Assembly: GCF_006345805.1 (NCBI RefSeq)
Contig: NC_042998.1
Span: 23,684,001-23,748,000 of the forward strand
Length of the DNA: 64,000 nucleotides
Reading direction: 5' to 3'
Origin: Octopus sinensis
Taxonomy: Eukaryota
Both the position numbers and the translations under genes were made by a program. The notes beneath the pieces are model-generated. The model searched no databases, was not told the DNA's origin, and saw only the letters and a program-made list of their open reading frames with translations. Below are positions 1 through 12,191 of this stretch, in pieces; within the stretch, counting starts at the first letter, position 1; each line of letters opens with the position of its first letter.

Positions 1-842
1 ACCAAATTGAGGTCGATCAACATCAGGGCCCCCGTGCAGGTGACACGTAAAAGCACCATCCGTTCGTAGCCGTTTGCCAGCCCAGTCTGGCCCCCGTGTC
101 GGTGGCACGTAAAAGCACCATCCGTTTGTGTTCGTTGCCAGCCTGGCCTGACCCCCATGCCGGTGACACGTAAAAGCACCATCCGTTTGTGGCCGTTTGC
201 CAGCTCTGTCTGGCCCCCGTGCCGGTGACACGTAAAAGCACCATCCGTTCGTGGCCGTTTGCCAGCTCTGTTTGGCCCCCGTGCCGGTGACACATAAAAG
301 CACCATCCGTTCGTGGCCGTTTGCCAGCCCTGTCTGGCCCCCATGTCGGTGACATGTAAAAGCACCATCCGTTCGTGGCCGTTTGCCAGCCCTGTCTGGC
401 CCCCATGTCGGTGACATGTAAAAGCACCATCCGTTCGTGTCCGTTGCCAGCCTCGCCTGGCCCCCGTGCCGGTGACACGTAAAAGCACCATCCGTTTCGT
501 GGCCGTTTGCCAGCTCTGTCTGGCCCCCGTGTTGGTGGCACGTAAAAGCACCATCCGTTCGTGTTCGTTGCCAGCCTCGCCTGGCCCCGTGCCGGTGACA
601 TGTAAAAGCACCATCCGTCCATGGCCGTTTGCCAGCTCTGTCTGGCACCTGTGCGGGTGGCACGTAAAAAGCACCCACTACACTCACGGAGTGGTTGGCG
701 TTAGGAAGGGCATCCAGCCGTAGAAACACTGCCAGATCTGACTGGGCCTGATGAAGCCTTCCAGCTTCACAGACCCCAGTTGAACCGTCCAACCCATGCT
801 AGCATGGAGAACGGACGCTAAATGATGATGATGATGATGATG

Positions 843-844
<2 letters not shown>
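1..844 (+). mobile_element. Family A RTE 3' end with ~10 tandem ~62-bp units
   Basis: aaaagcacc recurs 11 times at ~62-bp period (49-670), then the same terminal ~180 bp and (GAT)n tail as the 21.3-kb LINE. Confidence 0.9.
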
Positions 845-876
<32 letters not shown>

Positions 877-1038
877 CACACAAACACACATATATATAGA
901 TATATATATTTCCAAAAAAGGAAAAGAAATGGCTTTTCTGGTAATTTAGTGTTTATTCCCTACTTAAATAGGGAGTGTTTAATTACACGAATGCATATAT
1001 ATACAAATGCTAACACCTACACATACATACAAGCGCAC

Positions 1039-1071
<33 letters not shown>

Positions 1072-1372
1072 ATATCCATTCATAAGCACATAGAGATGCA
1101 AACACCCATATATATATATACACACACATATACATATACACACATCCACACATACACCAACACACACACAAGAACATGGGATCTTGCACATACATACATG
1201 CTGAGAAACCCTGACACACATACACAAATATTCATTCACATATATTCATACATATATACATATACACACATACACATGTGTATAATAAAAAGAAGGAAAA
1301 GAAAAGGAAAAAAGGAAGAGAGGGAAAGAGAATTAAGTGGATCAAGAATAAAGAAATGGAAATATTTTGATA

Positions 1373-1423
<51 letters not shown>

Positions 1424-1641
1424 TCATAAACATATATATATATATATATAGTAGAAAGAATAGCCAAAACTTTTTGACTGCTATTTCTAAATTCGGTATG
1501 TGGTGAGGCAAATCGTTGCTGAACCCTTAATCACTTAGTATTACTTAAACCTTCCTTGAATGGGTCTTTTACATGCCGAACTCTACTCGGTGAAATTAAT
1601 GATTATTTCTAAATTAATTAATTAATCTCACCCTTTATTAT

Positions 1642-1686
<45 letters not shown>

Positions 1687-1754
1687 TAAACATATATATA
1701 TATAAATATTTTATAAAAGAAACTTTTGTTATATTCATTTCTGTTTCTGAGAAA

Positions 1755-1915
1755 CAGGAGTGGACTGAACTGTAGATCAATTGGACACTGCCTGAGGGCC
1801 CGGAGCTCTGAGGAGCCCGCACTCTACATGTTAACTCTAATAAAACACACATTCAAAGGAGCCAAGTAAACAGTTATGCCCGAGGGCCCTTAATATTCTC
1901 AGTCCATTCCTCCTG
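1755..1915. mobile_element. Possible small MITE
   Basis: Imperfect TIRs caggagtggactga / tcagtccattcctcctg, agaaa on both sides. Confidence 0.35.
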
Positions 1916-1964
1916 AGAAAAAAGAAAAAAAAGCAAGAGCGAGAGAAAAAAACACTATTTTATA

Positions 1965-2166
1965 TATATTTCTTTGCTGCCCACGGGGGGGCTAAACGCG
2001 GAGGGGACGGGCGGGGACAGACAAAGGGATTAAGTCGATTACATCGACCCCGAAAGGATGAAAGGCAAAGTCGACCTCGGCGGAATTTGAACCCAGAACG
2101 TAATGGCAGACGAAATACGGCACCGCATTTCGCCCGGCATGCTAACGTTTCTGCCAGCTCGCCACT
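1965..2166 (-). mobile_element. SINE family D
   Basis: ggcgagctggcagaa head, gttcaaattcc B-box, gtcgactttgcctttcatcctttcggggtcgat core. Confidence 0.82.
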
Positions 2167-2429
2167 ATTTCATATAGCTTCGGCTTAACTAACTGTTATG
2201 AGTAACTACCAAATAATTTAGAAATATTAATTTTGAATTTTGGAGGAAGACCAGCAATTTTGGGGGAGAGGGAGAGTTGATTACATTGATACTAGTACTC
2301 AAATGGTACTTATTTTATCCACCCTAAAAGGGTGAATATAAAGACAGACAAAATGCCTCTAAGCACTTTGCCTGGGTGCTAACAATTCTGCCTGCTGGAC
2401 ATCTTACAAATAATCTAGAAATAATCTAG

Positions 2430-2660
2430 AAAAGCACCGCCCGTTCGTGGCCGTTTGCCAGCTCTGTCTGGCACCTGTGCAGGTGGCACATAAAAAGCAC
2501 CCACTACACTCACGGAGTGGTTGGCGTTAGGAAGGGCATCCAGCCGTAGAAACACTGCCAGATCTGACTGGGCCTGACGAAGCTTTCCAGCTTCACAGAC
2601 CCCAGTTGAACCGTCCAACCCATGCTAGCATGGAAAGCGGACGCTAAATGAAATGATGAT
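2430..2660 (+). mobile_element. Family A RTE 3' end
   Basis: Same terminal sequence and tail as 1-844. Confidence 0.88.
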
Positions 2661-2858
2661 ATATATATATGCAGGATGATTCAAAAGTCACAATACATAG
2701 GAAAAATTTATTTTTATAAGAAACAATTAAATAGAAAAAACTGTTTCTTATAAAAAAATAAATTGTTCTTATGTATGGCGACTTTTGAATCACCTTATAT
2801 ATATATATATATATAATATATATATATATACACACACACACACCACACACACACACAC

Positions 2859-2940
<82 letters not shown>

Positions 2941-2950
2941 TGTATATATA

Positions 2951-2984
<34 letters not shown>

Positions 2985-3152
2985 CACACACATAAATATA
3001 TATAAATATAAAGATATATATACATATATATGTATTTATATATATGAATATATATATGTGTGTGTGTGTATATATATTTATATATATAATTTTTTTTTCT
3101 GTAATGAGATAAAAAGCCAGGGCTGTGTAGATTTTAGAACATTTATAGATAG

Positions 3153-3200
3153 GTCTTACAGCTGTTTCCAGGATATTTGTTATATCCCTTCATCGGAGAC
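3153..3200 (-). ncRNA. Minimal type-I hammerhead ribozyme motif (family 1)
   Basis: gtct-CCGATGA-a-gggata/tatcct-g-GAAAC-AGCT-GTA-agac. Confidence 0.65.
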
Positions 3201-3228
3201 GGTGTGAGAAGATGGTATATTTATATAA

Positions 3229-3462
3229 GGCGGCGAGCTAGCAGAATCGTTAGCACGTCGGGCAAAATGCTTAGCGGTATTTCGGCTGCCGTTACGTTGT
3301 AAGTTCAAATTCTGCCGAGGTCGACTTTGCCTTTCATCCTTTCGGGATCGATAAATTAAGTACCAGTTAAGCACTGGGGTCGATATAATCGACTTAATAC
3401 CTATGTCTGTCCATGTTTGTCTCCTCTATGTTTAGCCCCTTGTGGGTAATAAAGAAATAGGT
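3229..3462 (+). mobile_element. SINE family D
   Basis: Same head and core, tail tagccccttgtggg..aataaagaaatag. Confidence 0.85.
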
Positions 3463-3883
3463 ATATTTATATATATACACATACATATATACATACACAC
3501 ACACACACACATATATGTGTGTGTCTGTGTGTGCTTGTATATATATATTACATATATATATATATACACACACACACACGCACTGAAGTGGAAGTTGATG
3601 TGCTAGGTGCAAAGTTAATTACCGTATGAGGTTGTAGCTCTGGGCAGTGTTCACATTAAAGTCCCTCTGGTATGTGATCTCGTAGAGGATGATGCACACA
3701 GTTTGGTGCAATTATGTAGAATGAAATGCTCATAGAATATGACGCAATGATAAGAGGCAAGTTCTTTGTATTTTGTTTGTTTTGAAATAAAAAACAAATA
3801 CAAACAAACCATTTCCTGTTATTCTGTAATCTATTACACACACACACACACACAGACACACACATAGATATATGCATATATAT

Positions 3884-4057
3884 ATCATCATCATCATCAT
3901 TTAGCATGACCTACTTTAAACACTTTGACCGGGACTGCTAAGCCTGAAAGCTACACCAGATTCCAGTCTGATTTGGCTTGGTTTCTATAGATGAATGCCC
4001 TTCCTAATGCCAATCACACCCAAAGTGTATTGGAAGCCTTTTACATGTCACTAGCAC
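3884..4057 (-). mobile_element. Family A RTE 3' end, diverged
   Basis: (CAT)n followed by recognisable gatgcccttcctaatgccaa core. Confidence 0.75.
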
Positions 4058-4306
4058 TGGTCACACACACACACACAAATACATTCCTTTATTCTTTTAC
4101 TTGTCTCTGTCATATGACCGCAGCCATGCTGGAGCATCACCTTTAATCGAGAGAACTGACGCCAGGACTTATTCTTTGTAAGCTTAGTACTTATTCTATC
4201 GGTCTCTTTTTGCCGAACCGCTAAGTTACGGTGACGTAAGCACACCAGCATCGGTTGTCAAGCGATGTTGGGGGGACAAGAACAGACACACAAACATATA
4301 CACACA

Positions 4307-4373
<67 letters not shown>

Positions 4374-4460
4374 TTAATCCAAACATGAAAGCACAAAAAA
4401 AACACAACAACGCGAGGACGTGGAACAAATGTAGTATTGGACGCTCAGGAAAGAAGTAAG

Positions 4461-4495
4461 GTTTAACGTTTCGAGCGGAGCTCTTCATCGGAAAC
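4461..4495 (-). ncRNA. Minimal type-I hammerhead ribozyme motif (family 2)
   Basis: gttt-CCGATGA-a-gagc-tcc-gctc-GAAACGTT-aaac. Confidence 0.65.
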
Positions 4496-4571
4496 ATAGG
4501 AGAAGGAAAGATCCAGAGAAGGGATGACAGAGGAAAAAAAATCGTCAACGGTACACACGCGACCTTTTGAG

Positions 4572-4790
4572 CATGGTCGTTGCCAGAACCGCCAGACTGG
4601 CCCTCGTGCCGGTGGCACATAAAAGCACCCACTACACTCTCGGAGTATTGGCGTTAGGAAGGTTATCTAGCTATAGAAACTTTGCCAGATCAGATTGGAG
4701 CCTAGTGCAGCCTTCTGGCTCACCAGTCCTCAGTCAATCGTCCAACCCATGCCAGCATGGAAAGCTGACGTTAAACGACGACGACGACGA

Positions 4791-4792
<2 letters not shown>
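4572..4792 (+). mobile_element. Family A RTE 3' end
   Basis: gtgccggtggcacataaaagcacccactacact...tccaacccatgccagcatggaaag, (GAC/GAT)n tail. Confidence 0.85.
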
Positions 4793-4850
<58 letters not shown>

Positions 4851-5252
4851 CAATCATCATCATATATATATATAGTTCTTGTTAATTCAGTCCAGTGAGC
4901 CAGAAAAATAAGTTGTGTCTGTAATTCAGACGGCCAGCCTTATTACATTCTCTATGATGTTGAATTTCTCCGAAGACTTACGCATGTCTGTGGAGTACTC
5001 ACTCATTTGAAGGCTAATTTCACGAACAGGCTGTTCCGTTAATTGAAACAAAGTGAACACTCGTCGTCGTAACCGACGGCGAGCCAATAGCTAAGTTACA
5101 TATTGAAAGAAAGATTAATTTATATAAAATTCAAAGGAAAATAAAATAACTGTAAGAGTTACGTCCCTTGCAATGTTCTTTATATGAGTTGTCTCCAATG
5201 CTACTTTCGAATATTAGCAGACTGTAAATTTATTTATTTATTTTTATCATTG

Positions 5253-5648
5253 ACTAGCAGTATCGCCCGACGTTGCTCGAGTTTGTTTCGACCCTTTAGA
5301 ATTGGAATTTTTGAAAAGTAAAAATGTTGCATTATGTAGCTTGTTATTCTCTTTAATTGAACATTTTTCTGGTTGAAATACACCGAAAAATGACGACACA
5401 GCAGTCAAAAAAATCGTAAAAAATAGGGATTTTCATAGAAAAAAAAGCACCTTTTTGATATTAATAACTTTTGGTGTTAACATGATCTGATTTAAATTTT
5501 TTCTTTTACAGAAGGAAGAGCAAGCCTTCTTCCATCATATTCTCAATTTTGGTCAACTTACGCCGCAGGGTCTCAGAGGAGATAGTGTTAGTTGAAGGCT
5601 ACCAAATCTCCCATACACAGACAACTTCAGCTTTATATATAGAGAGAT
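5253..5648 (+). mobile_element. Putative non-autonomous Helitron-like element
   Basis: 5' actagcagtatcgcccgacgttgctcg and 3' acagacaacttcagctttatatatagagagat resemble Lep1/HINE-type ends (recalled resemblance only). Confidence 0.5.
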
Positions 5649-6019
5649 AAGGACAAATGATGCAGCACGGATTTTTGTCAGTGAACAGGTCGCGGTCTCA
5701 AAGCGACGAAAATATTTTGACAAATTAAATTTAAATGTTGAAGTGAACCTAACGGATTTTGTGTTTCTTAAATGGCTTATAAACACCTTCCACGCTGCAA
5801 TTGTTTTCGTTCCAGCACACGATCTCAGATCAGGTCACTTGCTATGGAAGTACATCTCCCATAAAGAAAAAAAAAGTTGTTCCGTAACTTTGCGAATCTG
5901 TAAAGCTATTTTTCATAGCTAATTAATATATAACTGAATAAAGCAGAATTTTAATTGCCTGGTAGGAAAAGGAGTTGAAGTAGAGGGATTTTTTTTTCAT
6001 CCGGTCAATGGTGGTGGTA

Positions 6020-6245
6020 CATCATCATCATCATCATCATTTAGCGTTCGTTGTCCATGCTGGCATAGGTTGTATGGTTTGACTAGGGCTGGTAAGCTGA
6101 TGGGCTGCACCAGACTCTAATGGGATTTGGTTTCAATGGCTGGATGCCCTTCCTAATGCCAACCACTCTGAGAAAGTAATGGGTGCTTTTACATGCCATC
6201 GGCGTGGGTGCCACTTTGTGTGACACCAGTATCTGCCATGACTAC
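6020..6245 (-). mobile_element. Family A RTE 3' end, diverged
   Basis: (CAT)n plus ggatgcccttcctaatgccaaccactc core. Confidence 0.8.
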
Positions 6246-6631
6246 GATTTCAACAAAGTTTTTTTGGTGGTGGTGATGGTGGGTGATGGATGGATGTGTG
6301 GTGGAAGCATTACCAAGTCAACCTGTCAAAGTGAAAACCATATTGTACAGCAGAAGACAAGGAATTCTGCAGAGGGATCAGAGTAATTAGGGGTTGGATG
6401 AGATAACTTAGGATGTTTCAGTCATTAAAATGTGGCCATGCTGGGGCACTGCTTTGAGGAATTTTAATCGAATGAATTGACCCCAGTCAATTTATTTTTT
6501 TTAAAGCCTGGTATTTATTCCATTAATGTCTACTGCAGAACTGCCAGGTTACAGGGACATAAATGTACCAACACCAATTGTGAAGAAGTGGTGGGGGACA
6601 AATGTAGACACACACATACACATATGCATAG

Positions 6632-6998
6632 AATATGGTTCCGGGTTCAGTCCCACTGCGTGGCATCTTGGGCAAGTGTCTTCTACTATAGCCTCGGGCC
6701 GACCAATGCCTTGTGAGTGGATTTGGTAGACAGAAACTGAAAGAAGCCTGTCGTATATATGTATATATATATATATGTATGTGTGTGTATGTGTTTGTGT
6801 GTTTGTCCCCCAAGCATTGCTTGACAACCGAAGCTGGTGTGTTTACGTCCCCGTCACTTAGCGGTTCGGCAAAAGAGACCGATAGAATAAGTACTGGGCT
6901 TACAAAGAATAAGTCCCGGGGTCGATTTGGTCGACTAAAGGCGGTGCTCCAGCATGGCCGCAGTCAAATGACTGAAACAAGTAAAAGAGTAAAAGAGT
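6632..6998 (+). mobile_element. tRNA-headed SINE, family B (5' clipped)
   Basis: B-box ggttcagtccc, cttgggcaagtg core, central (TA/TG)n, (AAAGAGT)n tail. Confidence 0.85.
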
Positions 6999-8027
6999 AT
7001 ATATACAAGCTTCTTTTAGTTTCCGTTTCCCAAATCCAATCACCAACTTGAGACTATAGTAGGAGATTGAGGCCTGGTGCAGCCTCCTGGCTTCCCAGAC
7101 CCCAGTTGAACCGTCCAACCCGTGCTAGCATGGAAAACGGATGTTAAACGATGATGATGATGATGATGATGAGATAGTAATATTTGTACTTTGGCAACAT
7201 GCCAAAGAACAAGCCCTCTGAGTGGTCATACGACCTACTAGAAACAATAGCTGAACATCCCTCTGATAATACTCTTTAAAAAGATGAGTCATACATATTC
7301 AAGATAATGTAGCTTTGGATTATAAGCACTTTAAGTAAAATCTGAATGAGATGATTAGAGCTTAAATTTATTTGATTATGTCTGCTCAATCAGGGTTGAC
7401 TCGGGGCTAAACAGCAATGACATTAACCATAATAGTAATATCACTAGTGCCGAATGTAAAGTTGGTCTGGAGGACATTTGATACTAAAAATACGAGAAAT
7501 TAAACTTTGACTGGTGCAAAGTTTCTAGAATGTTATCTCCTATACAAGCTGGGTCCACTGACGGTTATAAATATAAACATAGTCTTAAAACTATAGAACA
7601 TGACAAGGACATGATACATTTTCAATTGCTTAGGCTGTGAAAAAAATATTAGCAATTGAACTGAAGTGAAATGCTAGCAACCATAGATCAAAAGTGTGTC
7701 ATAGGCTCAAATGGACAGAAACAGCTTTGATGCTGCAGCTCTTGTAAAAACATGATTTCTTGCAAAGACACAAAACTGAATTATAAAACAAATAGAAATT
7801 AACATTGTGACATCATTCCTTTCTCAAGTGTATGTTTCATAAGTGAAAGGAAATGGCTCATAACTAGTTTACATCATATATTCACTAGAAGCTTTCTCTG
7901 GCACTGCATCCAAAAATGACTGCAATATATTTCTTTAAAGTGGTTTGTTTGGAGTGGGAAATATTTCAGGCAAACTTCTTGACATAAGATTGAAGAAGTC
8001 ATTTGTTTTCAGAGAAATGCACCTTGC

Positions 8028-8737
8028 TTAACCCTTTCGTTACTGTTTTTATTTTGAGATGCTCTGTGTTTCTTTCAATTACTTTAAAAATAACAAAGAA
8101 TTTAGTAAAATAACTTAGTTATCATTAAGTTAGTGTTAGGAACATAAATTGTGACTAAGGTTTGGTGGAAGATCTTAATTCAAAACTTTTGAAAACAAGA
8201 CATTTGTACTACAGAGCCAGAGCCAGTTTCAGCTGGGTTGGTAATGAAAGGGTTAAATTAATCATTTGTTAACCCTTTTGTTACCATATTTCTGTTGAGA
8301 TGCTCTGTGTTTCTTTCGATTACTTTAAATATAACAAAGAATTTAGTAAAATAACTTAGTTATCATTAAGTTAGTGTTAGGAACATAAATTGTGACTAAG
8401 GTTTGGTGGAAGATCTTAAATCAAAACTTTTGAAAACAAGACATTTGTACTACAGAGCCAGAGCCAGTTTCAGCTGGGTTGGTAACGAAAGGGTTAAATT
8501 AATAATTTGTTAACCCTTTTGTTACCATATTTCTGTTGAGATGCTCTGGGTTTCTTTCGATTATTTTAAATATAACAAAGAATTTAGTAAAATAACTTTG
8601 TTATCATTCAGCTAGGGTTAGGAACGTAAATTTTGACTAAGGTTTGGTAGAAGATTTTAATTCAAAACTTATAGAAACAAGACACTTGTACTCAGAGCCA
8701 GTGGCGGTTTCAGCCGGGATGATAACAAAAGGGTTAG
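8028..8737. mobile_element. Tandem trimer of a ~221-bp TTAA-flanked MITE (piggyBac-type)
   Basis: TTAA-CCCTTTYGTTAC...GTAAYGAAAGGG-TTAA; units start at 8032, 8273, 8514; 12-bp linkers attaat(c/a)atttg. Confidence 0.88.
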
Positions 8738-9224
8738 GAGTACAAGAGTACAACGCAAAGCAACAGCATAGAAATGTATTCCTGAGGCCTCAATTATTCA
8801 AACATGAAATCATTCAATCGTTTTACAATCTGTCTTCAGTAAATAACCCCAGGATTAAGCTGAAAGCCATTCAAACATTTTGTTTCTTTGTTGCTCTATG
8901 ACAAAGGGTAAAGTTTCTAAAACATCAAATTTCTCAGTCCTCGTTGCAAGAGATCTTATCAAACACTTTGAATTTTATTCTATGGACTGATTATATCTAA
9001 CACTGACCTTTAATTTTTTTTTCCCAATTCCAGATTTTTACCAGTTTAAACAGTGGTTTCAGTGAACCATTCACATATGTGTCACCATCCATCAGGGCTG
9101 CCCTTCCGTTTGCCACCTCTGGACCCCACAAAAACACATATTGTCTATAGCAGACCCAAAAGTACCACCTGGGGTGGACTGCCCTTACCACCCACTCCTA
9201 CCTACGCTAGGGCATCCGTCTATT

Positions 9225-9590
9225 CATCTTCTTTACTCATCATTTCTAGGAGAGTCATGGCAACTTCTTAGGGTCCTATCAGAAGCAACTGTCATTAGAC
9301 ATTCCAGCTGGATCCTTAAACATCACCAATTGAGACCATGGATATTGTCCTGCCAACTCATTGTTGGTTTGGCCCTAGGTCTCCTGTCCATAGGCTTGGC
9401 TTGAAGAATCTGTCTTATGATTCTTTCCTAAGACATTCTAATCACATGCCCATAGTACCAGAGTCGTGCAATCTAGAAAGACTCCCTGATCTCTGAGCTG
9501 TGTGTGTCCATATGCATTTATACCGAAGAAGTTTCCAGATAAGCAGAATGCTAAGCATCATAATACAGCTTCGAAATTGGGCTAATGAAA
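9225..9590 (-). pseudogene. Decayed RTE-type LINE ORF C-terminus (second lineage)
   Basis: Manual translation IARLWYYGHVIRMS*ERIIRQILQAKPMDRRPRAKPTMSWQDNI, with stops. Confidence 0.8.
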
Positions 9591-10184
9591 GCGTAAACAT
9601 AGGTCAATCATTGTTTTGTAGGATTTAGAATTAAGTAAATTGTCCAAATACACAAACTACAAAATTCTAATTAAGTCCAAAACTTAATAACTAGCACTCA
9701 TCTAATCGACTGCCACACTCCACCCTACAATAATTTCGGGCCTTGTGCCTAGAGCATAAAAGAATCATGGATTATCTTGTAGCTTAAGGATTCTGATGGT
9801 GTGGTTGTTTATTTTTGAAATGACATTGCAGGGTTGCTGTAAAAGGCCAGATATGGCCATTTTGAATACAAAACAGGTAGAATATTTGGGCCTGATGTGG
9901 CTAGTTTAAATATTAATGGGTTAAAGATATTCTATAAATCATGGCATATTCCTGTCAGTTCCTCCATTAATCTTGGAGGTCCTATCTTTCGTTCACTGAC
10001 TAAGCTATAAAATAATACTATTCTAACAAAAATCCAATAGATGTGAAGAAAGAAGAGAAAGACTTATTTTCTTGTTATGTTTCCATTATATGACATCTGT
10101 TAAAAATATTGATATAAATATATGAAGATATTGATAGCCATGTGATGTAGAATCATTTCAGGAATAGTCAGATATTTTAAATAA

Positions 10185-10520
10185 TAATAATAATGAAATT
10201 ATTGTATACAGTGCTCAGGTGCACCACAACTTGTCTAAAGTCTGTATAAAGTATATGCAGTAATGTACAAATGTCTGGGAAGTGAACAGTGTATGAGTCA
10301 GATACATGCTTGCGTGTGTATGGAGGGAAGAAAATCAGGTGTAGCGTTGGTGAATCTCAGGAAGCATGGAAGTTTTGAAGGATGCAGTGCACCGACAACT
10401 AACAACTGATGTTGGCAGTTTGTTCCATACTTCAGCAACTCTTAGCGTGAAAAAATGTTTGCGAAAGTCATGGGAGCTGTGCTGTTTTCTGACTTTGAAA
10501 ACATGTCTACGGGTGTTAAA
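10185..10520 (-). mobile_element. CR1-clade LINE 3' fragment
   Basis: TRRHVFKVRKQHSSHDFRKHFFTLRVAEVWNKLP is a CR1 ORF2 C-terminus; (TTA)n tail. Confidence 0.85.
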
Positions 10521-10724
10521 AGTCAAATATATGAAAAGTAAAGTCGACCTTGGTGGAATTTGAACTCAGAACGAAAAGACAGACGAAATACTGGTGAGCA
10601 TTTAGCCCGGCATGATACCGTTTCAGCCAACTCCCCGCCTTATAGTAGAATTTCGATTAAAAGTATTTTTTTTTTACTTTTCATTTATTTACTATAGTTA
10701 GTTAAACATTCAGACGATAACACG

Positions 10725-11126
10725 GAGATAAATCAAAATCGTAATTTTTAGCTATGATACCAGTGCCGGTGGCATGTAAGAGAACCATCCGAACGTGGCC
10801 GTAGCCAGCGCCGCCTGACTGGCCTCTGTGCCGGTGGCACGTAAAAAGCACCATCTTACCGTGGCCGTTGCCAGCTTCGTTTGGTCCCCTTGTCGGTGGC
10901 ATGTAAAAAGCACCATCCGATTGTGGCCATTTGCCAGCCTCATGTGGCACGTAAAAAGCACTGACTATACTCACGGAGTGGTTGGCATTAGGAAGGGCAT
11001 CCAGCTGTAGAAACACTGCTAGATCAGACTGGGCCTGGTGCAGCCTTCTGGCTTCCCAGACCCCAGTTGAACCGTCCAACCCATGCTAGCATGGAAAGCG
11101 GACGTTAAATGATGATGATGATGATG
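10725..11126 (+). mobile_element. Family A RTE 3' end (about 4 units)
   Basis: Repeated gtgccggtggcac..aaaagcacc units, conserved terminus, (GAT)n. A short terminus-only copy also lies at ~7070-7172. Confidence 0.88.
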
Positions 11127-11682
11127 AAAATGATCAGGTGGAATTATGCAAATTAGAAAAAAAAAAAAATGTACAAAAATATTGAAATTCAAGTTCATAC
11201 TGGAATTTCATTAAAAAAACTGAAATTTAAATTTGAAGTCATAAATAATTTTTTTTTTTAAATAGAAACATTTTTTAAACTGAATTTCAATTTACTTTTA
11301 AATGCCCAGTTCAAATTCTTCTTCTTAATTTTCAGTTTTAGCCAATTTGAAAAAGAGACAAAAAAACCATTGACTTGAAATATCCATTCTTGCAGTGGTT
11401 CTTAATTATTTTTGGCCTATAGACTCCTTTGATTTCCATATAACTCTATCGGATCCTCACAGCCATTTGGTGTGTTAAAAAAAAATAATGTATTGTTTTT
11501 ATAATTAAATGTGTGGTAAGTAGCTTGCTTACCAACCACATGGTTCCAGGTTCAGTCCCACTGCGTGGGACTTTGGGCAAGTGCCTTCAACTATAATCTC
11601 GGGTCAACCAAAGCCTTGTGAGTGGATTTGGTAGACGGAAACTATAAGAAGCCCGTTGTGTATATATATATATATAAATATG

Positions 11683-12002
11683 CGGAGGGGCAATGGCCCA
11701 GTGTTTAGGGCAGCGGACTCGCGGTCGTAGGATCGCAGTTTCGATTCCCAGACTGGGCGTTGTGAGTGTTTATTGAGCGAAAACACCAAAATCTCCACGA
11801 GGCTCCGGCAGGGTGGTGGTGGCGATCCCTGCTGTACTCTTTCGCCACAACTTTCTCTCACTCTTTCTACTGTTGGCCGGCTTGCTTAGCCAGCGGGAGG
11901 GGGGGGGGCGTCATTTAAAGGCTAAAACAATGCGAAGCGCATTGTGACCAGCGATGTGTAACAACATCTGATAGCCTGGTCGGTCACGGTGATCACGGTG
12001 AT
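11683..12002 (+). mobile_element. SINE family E, following the 5' half of a B SINE
   Basis: tggcccagtg..tagggcagcggactcgcgg head, tttcgattccc B-box; near-identical reverse copy at 17718-18024. Confidence 0.85.
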
Positions 12003-12191
12003 ATATATATACACGAAGATAGGCTTTTGATTTATTTATTTGTTTATCTAAAGAATTATAGTTCTTATACTTAATCTTAACTATGTGGGTGTTTGGACAC
12101 CCATTGAAAGCGCACTCGGTAATACTTGTTTCATGTTACTGTAACAATCTGGTTGACTTGTTCTTAATCCAAAGTACCTGTCAATAATTGA

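Noticed and set aside
23-622. 199-aa ORF and similar ORFs over family A copies
   Set aside because: Translation of a tandem repeat or 3'UTR; recurs at every copy with varying frames.
1-670. CRISPR-like repeat/spacer appearance of the 62-bp hairpin units
   Set aside because: The 'spacers' are homologous to each other, the array is part of a LINE 3'UTR ending in (GAT)n, there are no cas genes, and the context is eukaryotic.
949-3207. ORFs rich in IY/TH/CV dipeptides here and throughout the window
   Set aside because: By-products of (TA)n, (CA)n and (TG)n microsatellites.
9050-9200. PGGT motif as a possible heparanase second exon
   Set aside because: The segment matches a dispersed repeat (similar to ~44260-44345) and lacks the preceding LR motif.
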